Source of the DNA: Callorhinchus milii
Taxonomy: Eukaryota
Length of the DNA stretch: 64,000 nt
NCBI RefSeq assembly: GCF_018977255.1
Contig: NW_024704742.1
Location: 108,440,001 to 108,504,000 of the forward strand
Reading direction: 5' to 3'
Shown here: piece after piece, positions 36,382 through 50,769 of the stretch
How the letters are laid out: each line of letters begins with the position of its first letter
Numbering within the stretch: the stretch's first letter is position 1
Made by a program: the position numbers and the translations under genes
Notes under the pieces: generated by a model
What the model saw: the letters and a program-made list of their open reading frames with translations, nothing else
The model's database searches: none
Told to the model about the DNA's origin: nothing

Positions 36382-37593
36382 ACATACAATTACTCAAAAT
36401 CTTGTAAGTGATTTTAATAACAGTAATCCTTGCAGTTCATGTAATGCCTTTGACATCAGGGTATCTCAATTCACTTCACAGGATTTCTGGTGGTTGAAGG
36501 TATGTAATGCATGGTAATATACGCTCGGACACAATCAGCTTGAAGGGCAGAGTTCCTATGGGTCTGCATGATGTGTATCTGGTTGGCAGAGGGGGAATAC
36601 TCCATTTACAGCTTGGAGTCTTTATTGAAAGTTCCATCTTTAAATGGCTGGATTTGTAGATCCCCGGATAGTTTATAGTGTGCACCACCTTTGTTGCTCA
36701 TTACTCTGACTTATTTTAATAATTAATGTTTCAAATAATGCTCTCAACTGGCCAAGAAATGGAAATATCTCCCAAACACATCTAAGGATACAGAGGTTAG
36801 TAAATCTCTGGTGATCCAGAATTCGTACCTACCTGGATCAGGACTGAAACGGAAAATTAAAAAAAATTCCGCTGGCTTGTAGATTGCCGCTGGCCCACAT
36901 CTCCTAGCCCCCGCCTCACTATCCTTGTTGGTATTCAGTGGTCAGGAATATCAACTTTGACTCAGTTTTAATCCCGTGAGCAGAAGATACCTTATTTGCT
37001 ATCTTCTGCTGAAAAGCGCTATCTCAAATGCAAGGATTACCTTATTTGCTATCTTCTGCTCATTCAATTACAATGGAAACAAGCTATTAGGCCCAACAAG
37101 TCCATGCCGGTGTTTATATTCCACACAACAACAAGATTACATTTACATTTTACATTTACACAAGTCTCCACCACTCCTATTTCCCTCTTCTACACTTTCT
37201 ATTTCTTTCTCTCTCATGTATATAACAATTTTTTTGCAGCTTCCAGCAGTGAATTCTACTTCACTCCAGTTTACCTCAATTAGTTTATTCCTCATTCCAA
37301 CGCCTTGGGAAGTCTTTCAAAGGAAAGGCACTAAGATAAATGTAAGTTTGTATTGGGTGGTATTCCATTCTAGTTCGTTTTTATCCAGTCCAGCGTCTTG
37401 ACGACGTGATAAGGCATTATTTCAAAATGCAAGGATTATTAAGATTATAGTGGTGAAAAATGAGTTGTTCAATATGATATCACTGGTAATAATTATCACA
37501 TCACAGGTTGCATATTGAAGCCCATGATTACAAAATCAGGGATAGATTGTTAAATAAAGTGAGTCAGAAAAAAGCAGGCATAATAATTTTTCA

Positions 37594-37903
37594 GGAGTCC
37601 TGTAGCTCAGTGGTTAGAGCACTCGCTTTGCAAGCAAGCGACCTGAGTTCAATTCCAGGCAGGGTGAAACCTTGGGCAAATTTCCTTACTACACACGCCT
37701 AATAATAATCCCTCCAAAAACAATAATAAATTGGTCATTTTCAATCTAAGACTGTTTGTGGAACATTGCTGTGCGCAATTGGCTGCCGCATTCGCCCACA
37801 AATGTACAGTCAATTCACTTTACAGTGTGTTCTGTGAAGCAATTTGGGACATCCTCCCGACGTGAAAAGCACTATATCAAATGCAAGAATTATTATAATT
37901 ATT
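37594..37903 (+). mobile_element. tRNA-Ala-derived SINE, short form, full length
   Basis: Same head, body and tail. Confidence 0.92.
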
Positions 37904-38457
37904 AGGACTGAATGTGTTGTCGCAGTGTGGGGCAAGAGTTGCATGAGCAAATAAAATATCAGGTTCCTTCAGAAGAATATAACTCAAAGAAAGTGACGCT
38001 AATCCTCCACAAGGCATTAGTGAGAATGGATATTCTCAATCAAAATGGAAGAAGGTGCAGACAAAGTGAAATAAAGCAACTGGATAACTCCCAGCTATAA
38101 ATAAAAGCGAAATACTTTCTTATTGTTAAATAGATTACTGAATAAATTATCTAAGTCCAAATGGAATTGATTACATGCAACCTAAGTGTTTTTTTTATCC
38201 TCTCCATCTCTTCAGAAAGTGCTGAGTCTTTTTCTGGGCTCTAGTTCCAGCAGTTTACTAATATCTCATCTAAAAGGTCATTCTAGACAGTGAGTGTCGG
38301 CAGGCTATTCAGCTATGGGGACCTAAGTGACTATCTTCCTTGGAAGGGAGACACATAGAATTTCCTTGGAGCTAATCTGGTTCAGTCCAATTCCTCAGCC
38401 AGGTGTGTTTGCAGTACTTAGTGCACTGCTGATGATAGACCAGATGGCCTGGCTCAT

Positions 38458-38862
38458 TTGCAGGAATTGAAGGGGCATATGGGTCACTGTGTTCAGCAAT
38501 TCTTTCCACTTGGCTGCTATTAACCCTGCAAGACAAAGGTCTACTGGTTAGGGTGCCCTTAGTTGCACAAGTAGTGGGATGCCTGCCAGACAATGGTACG
38601 TTATATGGTTTTAGCTGTTAAGATGAAGCAGTACCCTAACATACTCTTAGGGGACCCCAAGCCGTGTCTTTCACCAACTTGCACCTAATATTTCCCAGAA
38701 TTAGGTAATCAGTGTGTATCCCTCCAGGGAGAAGGTACATATCCATTCAGGCACACATATTTCCATATGTAAGTGGCAAGCAAATGTGGAACTTTCAGTT
38801 TGATTTGGATACTGTTAAGCATGGTGATGGGTTTCAACATGTTTCAGACATCCAGCTGACGA
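38458..38862 (+). repeat. Unclassified interspersed repeat (longest copy)
   Basis: Homologous segments at about 4250-4375, 10980-11110, 24790-24945, 26360-26570, 45260-45462, 55780-55846, 59390-59596. Confidence 0.75.
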
Positions 38863-40924
38863 AGAGAAATGGGACTTAACAACCCAGTCTGATCCTTTCT
38901 TCACTCATTGTCTACAAACAGCATTCTCCAATAAAGGTGGCAGTGCAGAACGGGAATCTTGATTAATTTACGACTGTTTGTGGAACACTGCTGTGCACAA
39001 GTGGCTCCCGCGTTTTGCCCACAAAATATACGGTCAATTCACTTTACAGTATATTATGTGAAGTGCTTTGAGATGTCTCAATGACGTGATTAGGCGCTAT
39101 TTCAAATGCAGGGATTATTATTATCCCTTTGTCACACAAGGGTGCTGAGACTAATTGTAGTGGCCCAATTTCTGTCCTGGCTGAGATCAGCTCACTCAGC
39201 ACAGAGCAAGTTGAGACTCTGTGACTTTCTGATCTGTGAATGCAGCACTGGAGAAAGCGAGAGAATTAAATAAGACTTACTAAAAGACTTACGTTATGTC
39301 TATGTAGAGTATTTAGTAAAGGGCTATTCACCTTACCTACTGAGGTTCTCTGTTACAGTATCGAATATTTTGAAGTACCATTGAATTATATATCAGTTTT
39401 CTTCAACTTAACCAGTTAAAACCATATAACTTGCTATTGTCTCGCGAGCATCCCAGTACTTGTGCAGCCTTCGTCCATTACATTATGCAAAGTTGTACCC
39501 TTTCTGTTCTCTGTCCTTGAAGAGTTGCGTACCAGAAGGTTAATAATTTCCTCATTGGTAGTAATCCGTTTATCAGACTATCCAACTGCCCATTATTGGG
39601 GCACTCTGCATTGCTGGAGGTACATCTTTCAGATTAGATGTTAAACCAAGGTATCATCTGCCTATTGTTCAGGTGGATATTAAATATCCCATGCTGCTTT
39701 TCAAAAAGGAATTATCAGAGACAACTAGAGACTAATATAATTAACAACTTTAATTAAAAATAGCAACTTGAAGCATAATAATGAATATATACTAAAACGC
39801 AATATTGTTTATACAATAAAGCCAGATGAAAGCTACATGAGCCAATTAGCCATAGCAATCAGTTTAAGCACCCGTCATTCATGATCAAATTACTTTTCTA
39901 CTGAGTGGTGAATTCCCCTTTTCCCATCCTCCTCTGTCTTGTTCAAGTAATAGCTTCTGGATGTACTCTCATGTTGTGTCACAGCCCCCGCGTAACCCTT
40001 TACGTGCCAAGTGACATTCTCAGAAAGTTTTGGAATGGAAGTTTCCCCACATATGAAAGCTGCTTTATGTAACTTGCCCATTAACAGAGGAAATAGGTGT
40101 AATCATTCACAGACAATTCAATAATACTTCCTCCATAATCCAATTGAAGACAGGAGATAGAAACTACACACTGCAAAGGAAAATGTATAAGTCAGTCTAC
40201 AGGGAGCAAACCGAGTTTCTCTGTCAAATTGACAAGCCAGACGATTGCACATAATTGGTTCAGGAACTTTGAAATCTAAGAGATAAAATCTTCTCTAAAT
40301 TAAGTGACAGAATCTCTCATAATATCAGATTGCCCATTGAAAATTATGCATCTCATTCAATTATTTTATTTCTTCACCGCAAGTAGACATACAGAAACAT
40401 TAGAGAAAAAAGGAACATTTTATAAAAATATGTTTGCACTTAAGTTTAACAAACTTAAGAAATATTAATACAAGATGTTATGGAATCTATTAAAGCGAAA
40501 TGGCCACTTGATTTATTCAGATAATTCTCACTGTAATCTCTGTATTTTTGCATTTGCATAGCACCTTTCACTTAAAAGTACAATTTAAAGTACTATTATA
40601 GATGTTTTGTTCCTTATATAGCGTTATCAAGCACTCCAAGACTCTACCCCACATTATATAACAGCAAGTTTTTGTTGTTAACTTTCAAGACTCTTTTGCA
40701 CAATGGGAAATAGTCTAGCTCCCTCTTGAATTAATCAGTTCTGCATTCATTGGATGCAATATATTTCACAATATTATAATTCTTATGTGTCAAAATATTC
40801 TGTTTCAATTCCTATTCTATCACAACATCTTAACTTTATAACCCTCTCTTCATTCTTTATGAAGAGCTTCCAAAAAAATAATAATCCTTGCACTTGAAAT
40901 AGTGCCTTTCACACAGGAGGGCAC

Positions 40925-41380
40925 GTCAACAGCAACCATAGCTTGCATTTATATAGTGCCCCTCACGCAGGGTAGTGTCCCAGAGCGCTTGATAGTGGCG
41001 GAGCACGACTCCAAGCAGGGGGGAGAGGGAGGTGACCATAGGCAAGATCGAATAGAAAGGTCTTCAGGCACGACCTGAAAATGGGGAAGCAACGGGCAAG
41101 GCGGATGTTTAGAGGAAGAGTATTCGAGAGTTTCGGGGCGTAGTGGTTGAAAGTGCAGGCAACAATGGTGAAACAGAAGGCACTAGGGACATGCAAAAGG
41201 CCGGAGCCAGTTGAGCAGAGGCAGCGGGTTGTGGGTTGGAGGGTAGCCTGGTTGGAGAGGGAGAGAGGTGCCAGGACATGAAGGGATTTGAAAACGAGTG
41301 TGAGGATCTTGAAATTGACCCGTTCGGTGATGGGGATCCAGTGAAGCTTGGCTAGAACTGGTGTAATGGGAGTACGGAGT
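40925..41380 (-). mobile_element. L2 3' fragment
   Basis: ITPVLAKLHWIPITERVNFKILTLVFKSLH..FRSCLKTFLF. Similar remnants at about 10225-10610(+), 20610-21100(-), 21700-22110(-), 25340-25560(-), 41990-42437(+), 46880-47323(+), 48990-49260(-), 49320-49700(+), 58428-58790(-). Confidence 0.85.
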
Positions 41381-42569
41381 TTAGTAAGGATGAGTATGCA
41401 TCTCAAAGATTTTGCAAGATTTACTGTAAAATGTAGTAACTGGATATTTTGCAATCAAACAATATGAAGTAAGTGACCAATATTATAATAATATAAATAA
41501 TAATGTTCCTTGCATTTGATATAGCGCCTTATCACATCTTCGACAAGTCTCAAAGCGCTTCACAGGATATACTGTAAAGTAAAGTGGACTGAATGTGTAT
41601 TTTTTGGGTGAAACTATTATTATTTGTGGGGTTGTTGGCCAGGACACCAGGTGAACTTCCTGCGCTGCTTTGAACTAGTACCATAGGATTTTTTTATCAT
41701 TCAACTGAATTACCTCAATTGAATCTCTCCCACGAAGCACATGAGTTCCAACAATGCGGCACTGACTCAGTATTACCCTAGAATATTAGCTTCAATTATA
41801 AGTTCAAGGGCTGGGGTGAGGATCAAACAACACATCAGATTAATAATCAAACAGGTTCTGGCTGGCTCTTAGTCCTCTATTGTATAGGAACAAGGGACAG
41901 CATCAACCTTTCACTCCACCCTTCTTTAACTAGATAATGCCTCTTTCTTCGCTTATACTGTTGGCTTGTAGGAGGTCACATACTTACCCGTACTGAACTC
42001 TGTACCCCCATCACACCAGTTTTAGCCAGGCTCCAGTGGCTCCCTATTGCCGAACGGATCGATTTCAAGATCCTCACATTCATTTTCAAATCCCTTCATG
42101 CCCGGCACCTCCCTACTTCTCCGACCTGCTTAACCCCCAACCCACAATCTGCTGCCTCTGCCTGACTGGCTCCAGCCTCCTGCCTGACCCTCAGGCCCTC
42201 TATTCCACCATCTGTCACTGCACTTTCAGCCACTACTCCCGAAACTTGGAACACTCTTCCTCTATTCCTCTGCTTTGCCACTTCCTTCCCCATCTTCAGA
42301 TCATGCCTGAAGAGCTTCCTCTTCGACAGTCACATCCCCCCTCCCCCCAGCTCAGTGTCATGCTCCACCACTGTTAAGCGCTCTGGGACGCTACCCTGAG
42401 TGAGGGGTGCTATATAAATTCAAGTTGTTGTTGTTGTCTTTCTATACAGCTCTTGGTCTGGTCATTCTTGAATTTTCACAGTATCCTTTTGTATTTGTCT
42501 ACTTCACTATTTCAGTTCTTAGTGTGGTAGTCTGGCTTCTTGTACTTTAAGCATATCATGAACCCATAT

Positions 42570-42915
42570 AGTCTATGCTGACACACCAGTGCAGTGTTGG
42601 GAGGGCTTCTGCATTGTTCTAGGTGCTGTCCGTTGGATGAGACTTTAACCCGAGGTCTGTCTACCTGTTCGGGTGGATATTAAACATCCCATGGCACTAT
42701 TCAAAAAGAGAAGGGAGTTTACCCTGGTGTCCTTGCCGAGAATCCCTCAAATAAAATTGACCACTCACTCCATGGCTATTTGTGGGACATTGCTGTGGCT
42801 GCTGCGTTCTCCCACAAAATATCCACAGTAACATTACTTTACAATATATCCTATGAAATATTTTGAAACATCTCGATGACGTGATAAGGCACTGTATAAA
42901 TGTAAGGATTATTTA
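42570..42915 (+). mobile_element. Deu-domain SINE copy
   Basis: GGATGAGACTTTAACCCGAGGTCTG..GGGTGGATATTAAACATCCCATGGCACTATTC..shared tail. Confidence 0.75.
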
Positions 42916-44054
42916 TATTATTTAACTAATCAAGTAGGAAAGGGTTTTTTTCCGCAAATTTGTTTACTGGCAACTTCTTACTGGCAATGATCTTACATGG
43001 GTAATTAGAAAAAAGAGATGGTCATTCAGCACATCAAACCCACTCTGCAATCTGTTTGTGATTATATCTTCCAGCATTTGTCTTTTGTGACTTTATCTGT
43101 CTAATTTATCTTGTGTTGACTTTTGTTGTTGAAAGTGTCAAATACCTTCTCTGTAAACTTTACCACTGGCCTGCATTAGTGCATATAAACAGGGTACATC
43201 GTGAGTTGATTTTATAATCTGATCTTTGTTTAGTATTTCTCCTGACAAATACTACAAAAAGGTACTAACTGCTCAGTCATCCCTATCTATCTTCCAATAT
43301 TAGTTTTGATGTCTATTATATTCCCAAGCACGTTAAGTAGTTTACATACTGTGTCCCTCTTGTCTTAGCTTGTTGTTAAATTTGGTTTCATCTATTTCAA
43401 TTGTCATCATTTTTATTTTCCCTCAAAGATCTTTAAACCAAAATGCCAATTGATGTTTGCTTTTCTTCGTATTCTTTCCTTTTCTTCTACCAACGGTGAC
43501 GTATCATTCATAAACTCTTGATCTCTAAGTGCTTGCTTTGCACAAACAAATAAAATCAATTGCTGATACATTCGAAATGTGTAAATTAGAGGTGGAGAAA
43601 AGAGAGTATCAAGCTAAGCCAATTGTACGGTTTTACTTTTTATTCTGTAGACTCAAGGTGAGCTAAATACACTGCTTCCTTCATCCCTCCTCACTGAGAA
43701 CCATTGCAATGTGGATTTATTCATGTTTATATTTTGAATACACAAAGCAAATATTTTATGAGAATTTCTCACTGGGAAGACTGATTTTAACACAACTGAA
43801 AACACCTAGGTACATAGGTAGTTTGGGACATATGTGCATACGACTGCAAGGAAAGTGGATGGATCTTGCTCTTTTCTCATCTAGCATTTTTTATGTTCTT
43901 ATGTTCTTACCTCTGTGCAAGTTACAGGGAAATATGTTTGCCTTATTGTAAGTTGTTAACACCTATAACTAACCAAATGTTATTTAAATAAACAAAACCA
44001 GGTAAATAAAGGGGCTGGAGAGAAGACAGGGAATTACTTGATAAAATTACTTGA

Positions 44055-44390
44055 TAATAATATATTAAGACATCTCAAAGCTCTTCACAGGATATACTGT
44101 AAAGTAGATTGACTGTGAATTTTGTGGGCAAAATGAGACAGCTAATTGCACACAGTAGTGTCCCACAAACAGTCATGTTTGAATGACCAAATTTTTTTAA
44201 CTTTTTATTTTTTGAGGGATTATTATCCCCGGAAGTGATCCACCAATTAACTAACAGTTGGGTTCTTACTTATTGCTAGGTAAACAGAGGCGTGTGGAGC
44301 AAGGAAACTTGCCTAAGGTTTTGCCACTTCTGGGAATCGAACCCGGGTTCTCTCCCTTTCGAGACGAGTGTCAGTACGCCACAGGACTTC
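44055..44390 (-). mobile_element. tRNA-derived SINE, long form (diverged)
   Basis: Contains TGCTAGGTAAACAGAGGCGTGTGGAG..GGAAACTTGCC..GGAATCGAACCC. Confidence 0.82.
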
Positions 44391-45465
44391 TATAATTATT
44401 ATTGTTGTTATAATGCATAAAACACAATAGCATCATCTAGTGGTGGAAAAACTATATTAAAACTTATGTCAGTGCTTTTATGTCTGGCATTATTTTTTCT
44501 CTGTGCGCTTTCACTTACATATGTGTTTCTATATTTAAATATGCTGTGTCTATATATTTAAATATCACTCTCCTTTAGCTATGAGAATGTAATTTGATAA
44601 AGGACGGGATCAATATAAATTAAAAATTAGATTTGAATCCCAGAGTAATCTAATATTGGAAACCATACACAACAACAACAACAATTTGCGTTAAATGTTA
44701 ATGTGAGTCAAAGAAAATGCAACCAAGTGGATTCTCAGAGCATGTCCTTGTTACATTATGGGTGGAGCTACAAAAGAGGCTTATTATGCAATTATTTCAG
44801 GCAAAAGTGTGTCCAGACTTCTTACTGTCGTTAAAACACGGGATGTGCTGTGGAAGAGAAGGGATTAGGTACAGGAGAGGGCAATAGAGAGATATGGGAA
44901 AGGGATTAAGAGGGAGGGAGGTTCATCCGGAGCATGGAGTAGTGCAGCTGAATGGCTTTTTTCCATTATGTATAGTGTATGTAATTATAATAATAACAAT
45001 CCTTGCATTTGAAATATCACGTCATCGAGATGTCTCAAAGTACTTCACAGAATTCACTCCAAAGTGTAGTGACTGTGTATTTGTAGGCAAAGTCTATGGG
45101 AGGATACCTATTCACAATGGAGAATTTTCCCTGTGCCTCTGTGTACTCAGGATAACAACAACAACAACAACAACAACAACAAAATTACATTTGTAAAGCT
45201 CCTTTCATGTCGGGAAGACATCCCAAGGCGCTGGACAGACAGAGTTACGGACCCGAGCTGGAATGTGCACTCTCACCCTGGACGGACGCATCCTGCTTAC
45301 CTAATTACGTATAGTATTAGGCGTAGGATGACATGAGCCAAGGCTTGGGGACCCCAGAGTGTGCATTGGGATACTGCTGGAGTCTAACCAGGTAAAACCG
45401 CATCGCTTGCCATTGATATTGCTGTTTGGCAAGCTTTCTCATTGCTTGCCAGCTAGGACCACCTT

Positions 45466-46795
45466 ACAATAACAACAACAAAATTACATTTGTATAGCGC
45501 CTTTCAAGTCGGGGGGATGTCCCAAGTGCTGGACAGACAGAGTTTCGGACCTGAGCTGGAAGTTGGGGTCAGGAATGTGGAGGGCAAAGGGGGAAGCAGG
45601 GAGATCGAAAGCACGGTCGAAGAGGAGAGGCTTGAAATGGGTGTTGAAGGAGACAAGGGAGGGGCAGTGGCGGAGGGTCTGTGGGATGGAGTTCCAGAGT
45701 GTGGGGGCAGAATGGCAGAAGGCCCATCTACCAATAGTGGGGCTAGTGAGGCGGGGGACGTAAAGCAGGCCAGAGACTGCTGAGTGGAAGGAGCGAGCAG
45801 GATGCTAGGAGGTTAGGAGGTCGCAAAGGTAGGGGGAAGCAAGACCATGGAGGGCTTTGAAGGTGAGGACCAGGATCTTGAACTGTATCCTCTGTGTAAT
45901 CGGAAGCCACTGGAGATGGGCAAGAATGGGGGTGATAAGAGTCATGGAGCCTAGTGCGGGAGAGGACACGGACTGCAGAGTTCTGGATGGCCTGTAGCCT
46001 ATGGAGGGAAGAGTTGGGGAGACTGACAAGTATAGTCGAGCCTCAATGTAATAAAAGCATGTATGAGGGTTTTGGCGGCCTGCAGTGTGAGACAGCGTCA
46101 GAGCCGGGCGATGTTGCGGAGGTGGGGAAAGGCAGAGCGGGTCATGGAGCAGATGTGGGATAGAAAGGATAGTTGAAGGTCAAACAAGACCCCAAGATTC
46201 CGGACTGGCTTAGTGAGGTGGAGTGTGCAACCATGGATGGTGAGACTGTCAGAGCCTGAGGTGAGGAGGCGCTGACGGGAGCCAATCAGGAGAGCCTCGG
46301 TCTTGTTGTTATTCAACTGAAGAAAGTTAGCTCTCATCCAGAAATTGATGTCTGACAGACATTTTGTCAGCACAGCAGTGGTCCTGGAGTCAAGGGTGGA
46401 GGCAGAGAGATAGAGTTGGGTGTCATCAGCATACATGTGAAAATTGACCCCATGTCTGTGGATGATGTCACCAAGAGGGAGCATATAGATATTGAAGAGG
46501 AGGGGACCAAGGACAGAGCCCTAAGGAACGCCGCACGAAACGGTCCAGGGGCTAGAGCAGAAACCATTTGAGGAGATGACGTGCAGGCGGTGTGAGAGGT
46601 ACGATCTGAACCAGTCAAGGACAGCTCTGTGGAGGTTGAGGTGAAAGGAGAGACGGTGGATGAGGGTGTCGAAAGCAGCAGAGAGGTCGAGTAGGAGGAG
46701 GAGGCAAAGGGAGCCCTGGTCGCAGATGGACAGAATGTCATTCGTAACTCAGGGCTGTTTCTGTGATGTGGGCGGCACGGAAACCCGATTGGATG
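45466..46795 (-). mobile_element. L2-clade LINE, 3' part (RT C-terminus, disrupted)
   Basis: ORF 46098-46484 with [11 protein letters not shown] and [15 protein letters not shown], plus VRNLGVLFD; (GTT)n tail. Confidence 0.92.
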
Positions 46796-49700
46796 GATTA
46801 GATAAGCAACCATTCAAGTTTCAAACTGAATCTACAACAACAGCAACAACAACTTGGATTTATAACAGCAACAACTGCCGCCCGCATTCCTACCCGCACA
46901 AAACTCCATTCCCCGATTTCCCCAGTTCTGTCGCAGAGAGGATCGACTTCAAGATCCTCACCCTTGTCTTCAAATCCCTCCACTCCTCTGCACCCCCTTA
47001 CCCCTCTGACCTCCTCTCTCCTCACAACAGTGCCCGTTGCCTTCGTTACACCAGGACTGGCCTCCTCCTTGTCTCCCGAGTCCTCCGCTCTACCCTCAGT
47101 GGCCGTGCCTTCAGCCACTACGTCCCGAGGCTCTGGAACTCCCTTCCTCACTCCCTCTCTTTCTATTTTCAGGTCTCGGCTGAAGACCTTTCTTTTCGAC
47201 CGTACCTTTGGTCACCTTCCTCCCCCTCCCCCTGGCTCGGTTCCAGGATCCATTACTGTGAAGTACTCTGAGACGCCGTCCGGTGTGGAGGGCGCTATAT
47301 AAATCCAAGTTGTTGTTGTTATTGTTAAACTGAATCTAAGGCTGGTATTGGAAATAGCTGCCTTTGCTAATACTATAGTGTGAAAGGGAATCAATTAGGA
47401 TAGTAAGGACTGTCATAAATGCAATATAGTGGGGATTTTGCATGAACAGAGGTGATCAATAACTATAGTAGCTTATTCCAAGTTTTTGGTTTAGTAAGCC
47501 AGTGAATGTGTGACCCGGTTTCACAGACGGCATTGATAATTCTATGGAGAGAGGGAAAGCTTGTATCTCTAGGTAAATTTGTAATTGATACATTACAAAT
47601 GATTACATTTAAACCACGTAATGCATGTAGTGATAACTGATGTGATAAAAGAAATTTTATGTAACTCCTACTATACTTTTATTACAGAATTACTCTTACA
47701 ATCATTTCATTACAGTGACCTTAGGTTATTAACCATACAGATCTTGGTATAAATTGGCATTGGACCAGCTAGTGTCAAAGGGCAATAACATTTGTCCCAG
47801 GTTTTGCTTAGGTTTTACAAGGTCTTTATGGTGTCTTATGTAAAGAATGAAACAAAAAGGGAACATAAAACCATAGAAATTTACAGCACAGAAAGCTATT
47901 TGGCCTGTGATGTCTATGCTGGCTCCTTGAAAGAGCAATCCATTCAGCTCTATTTAATGCTTATTCCCCATTCTTTGTGAATTATTCTTGTTTAGATAGC
48001 TATCTATATCTCTTGAAAGCTAACATGATTCCTAGCATGCCCATTGTACCCAGCAGGAAATTCTTCAACCTATGAACGTGCCTGAATNAAAAAATATATC
48101 TATTACTGGACTTGAACGTTCTATACTTGCTAGCACAAACCAATTAAAATGATAATGACTTTATATAGCATCACATATGTTAATCAAATTCTGTTGAGAG
48201 AAATTCTGGATAGTTCGATGGAGCTGACTTGGACCATTAAGTATCAGGCTATCTAAGTGTTCACATGACTCAATTCATATTAATAACATTTGTATTAACA
48301 TAAATATTATAACAAACACTTGATTTGGGCAATCTGCATATGAGTCAGTATGTGTGTATGTCAACATCAAATTGTACTATTTTTTCAGTCCTGATTTGCA
48401 ACAATGTGTAGCGGGCAGAGTCAATTGGACTTCTCCCTGCAAATCGATGTAGCCCACAACTTACACGTATAATTTACATATATTCTGCTGATCTTTCCTC
48501 ATTGCTTGCTTTCTTCTACGCTTAATTATTCTAATTGATTCCCTTTCTTACTTTTGACAAAACAATAATGCACATGCTAGTCTGAGAGAGAAAATCCTTA
48601 ATTAGTGAAGTATTGTAGCTGAGTGTAGAGAGCAGTTTATAGGAAAGCTACTGTTTCTAAACAGCCACGTTCACATTTGAATATCCAATACACATATGTT
48701 CTCCAAATCTGGCTGGTGGGGTACATTCTTATTCTAGATCAGACAATTTGCAGTATACGGCAGTGAATATGTTTTCAATGTAGGCTTTTCTTACTTTGCA
48801 GTCAAAGTGGGAAAGGGAGTGAGGTGACGAGCGAGTTGCTGTGTTACACAGTGTTGCCTCACACTATTTATCCCAACTTTGGATGCGTCTCCACGGGAGA
48901 TACCAAGGGAATGCTGCTGCACTTTCTTATTGGAAATAAAACAGCATGACGCATGGTACAGTAGATGACAATTGACACTGACATCTTGTGAACTAAATCA
49001 CAATGGATTTTATGGATAGTAGTGGATGGGAGACCGGCGAGGAGGGCGTTGGAGTAGTCCAGCCGAGAGGTGACAAAGGCATGGACCAGAGTTTCAGCAG
49101 CTTTTGGGGAGAGGTATTGGCGGACGGGCGACGCGACGGAGATGGAAAAAGGTGGTGCTGGTAAGGGACCGGATGTGGGGGAGGAAGGATAATTGGGGGT
49201 TGAACCTGACGCCTAGGTTGCATACAGGTTCAGAGAGTTTTAGGGGGAGGTCAGGTAGGTGGAGGAGGTGAGAGCCATGAGATTTTAGACGTTGACAAGA
49301 CAAATCTTCTCTCCACAAGGTGCAGATTATTCAGAACTCAGCACCTCATGTTCTCTCATGACTATGCTCCATAAACTAGTTACCCCTATCCTCGTCCGGC
49401 TTCATTGTCTCCCCATCCCCCAGAGGATCAAGTTCAAGATCCTTGTCCTCACCTTTAAAACCCTTTAAAGGTCCTGATCCTCCCTACCTACTAAACATTT
49501 ACCAACTTGTCCACTCCTGCACTCGGCGGGCACTGGCCTGCTCCATATCCCCCATTGATAGTCGGGCCTTCAGCTTTTCTGCCCCATCCTCTGGAACTCA
49601 AGCCCCTGTGCCTCGCCTACTCCCTTGACTCCATCAAAGCCCATCTCAAGATCTCCCGCTTCAACTGTGCCTTTGATTATCTACCTACCCCCACCACCCT

Positions 49701-50769
49701 TGACAGATTTTGCATTGCTAGAGCATTAAGGTATATGGAAAATTCACAGGGAAATGGTATTAAGAGTCTGCCATTATTTAGCTAAATGCAGGGATGAGCT
49801 GAATGGCCTACCTGTGATCCTGTATGTGCTGCTGAACAGATGAAACATCTACTCCCTTGCTCAGCATTGCAAACATTATTTAACTCCTACATTAGCAGTC
49901 AGGTTGATGCAGGATATATCTGTATATCGGTCTCTCATGAGGTCAGAAAAATATCTTGAAGGTTTACGAGCAGATCTGAACTTGTCTATAACTGAGGCCA
50001 CAATACTGTGGTTGTACGTGTTTAAGCAAACGATTCCACTGAGTTGTTACTTTTGTTTCCCTAACTGTGGTTAAAAAGAGAAGCAAAACTGACTTTGCCT
50101 TTTATAAGACTGACATACATTAGTGAGAAATTACCATTTCACAGAATTACCCAGGCGTATTATTCAGAAAGATTCTTATACTGTCTGGATTGAAATAAAA
50201 ATGATCCTTTGAATTGTTTTGAAGAAGGTTCCTTCAGACTTTGTCAACAATGTAAATGCCCCTGTTGCTCTTTCAACATGGTCAGAATGAAAGACCAGTA
50301 AACCAGTCGTCCAGTGGCATCAACCTCCACCATTTTTAAGTGCTCCGAGACATTACCACACATGAAGGGCTATACAACTGCAAGCTGTTGTTGTAGAAAC
50401 TGAATACTGTGTGAGGCTGGTGCTGTTTTTGAGACTTTACTGCGCACGGAGAAGTGGATGCCTGTATTGTCACCCAAACACCCCTATAATCAGGTCTTTT
50501 ATTCTCTGCATTCTCCATGTCACTGAACACTGATTGGTCCCTTTTACAGCAACAACAACAACAAGATTGAATTTATAGAATGCCTTTCATGTCGGGAGGA
50601 CGACCCGAGCAGGGAGGAAATGGTCAGGGTGAGGGGGGGGAAGGGAGGGAGTGAGGAGGGTATAGAGTCGAGAAGGGAGCTGAAGGCACGGTTGAAGAGA
50701 AACCATCAAAGGCTTTTTCAAATTGATCCAAAATAAGTTCACAAGAAGTTCAAGTCTTTGATCAATATC

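Noticed and set aside
44428..44446. CTCF-like CCACTAGATGATGCTA (minus strand) between ERAP2 and LNPEP
   Set aside because: Mismatches in the core GGCGC; a single motif match in 64 kb is not evidence.
48088..48088. Single N base
   Set aside because: Assembly ambiguity; no biological meaning.
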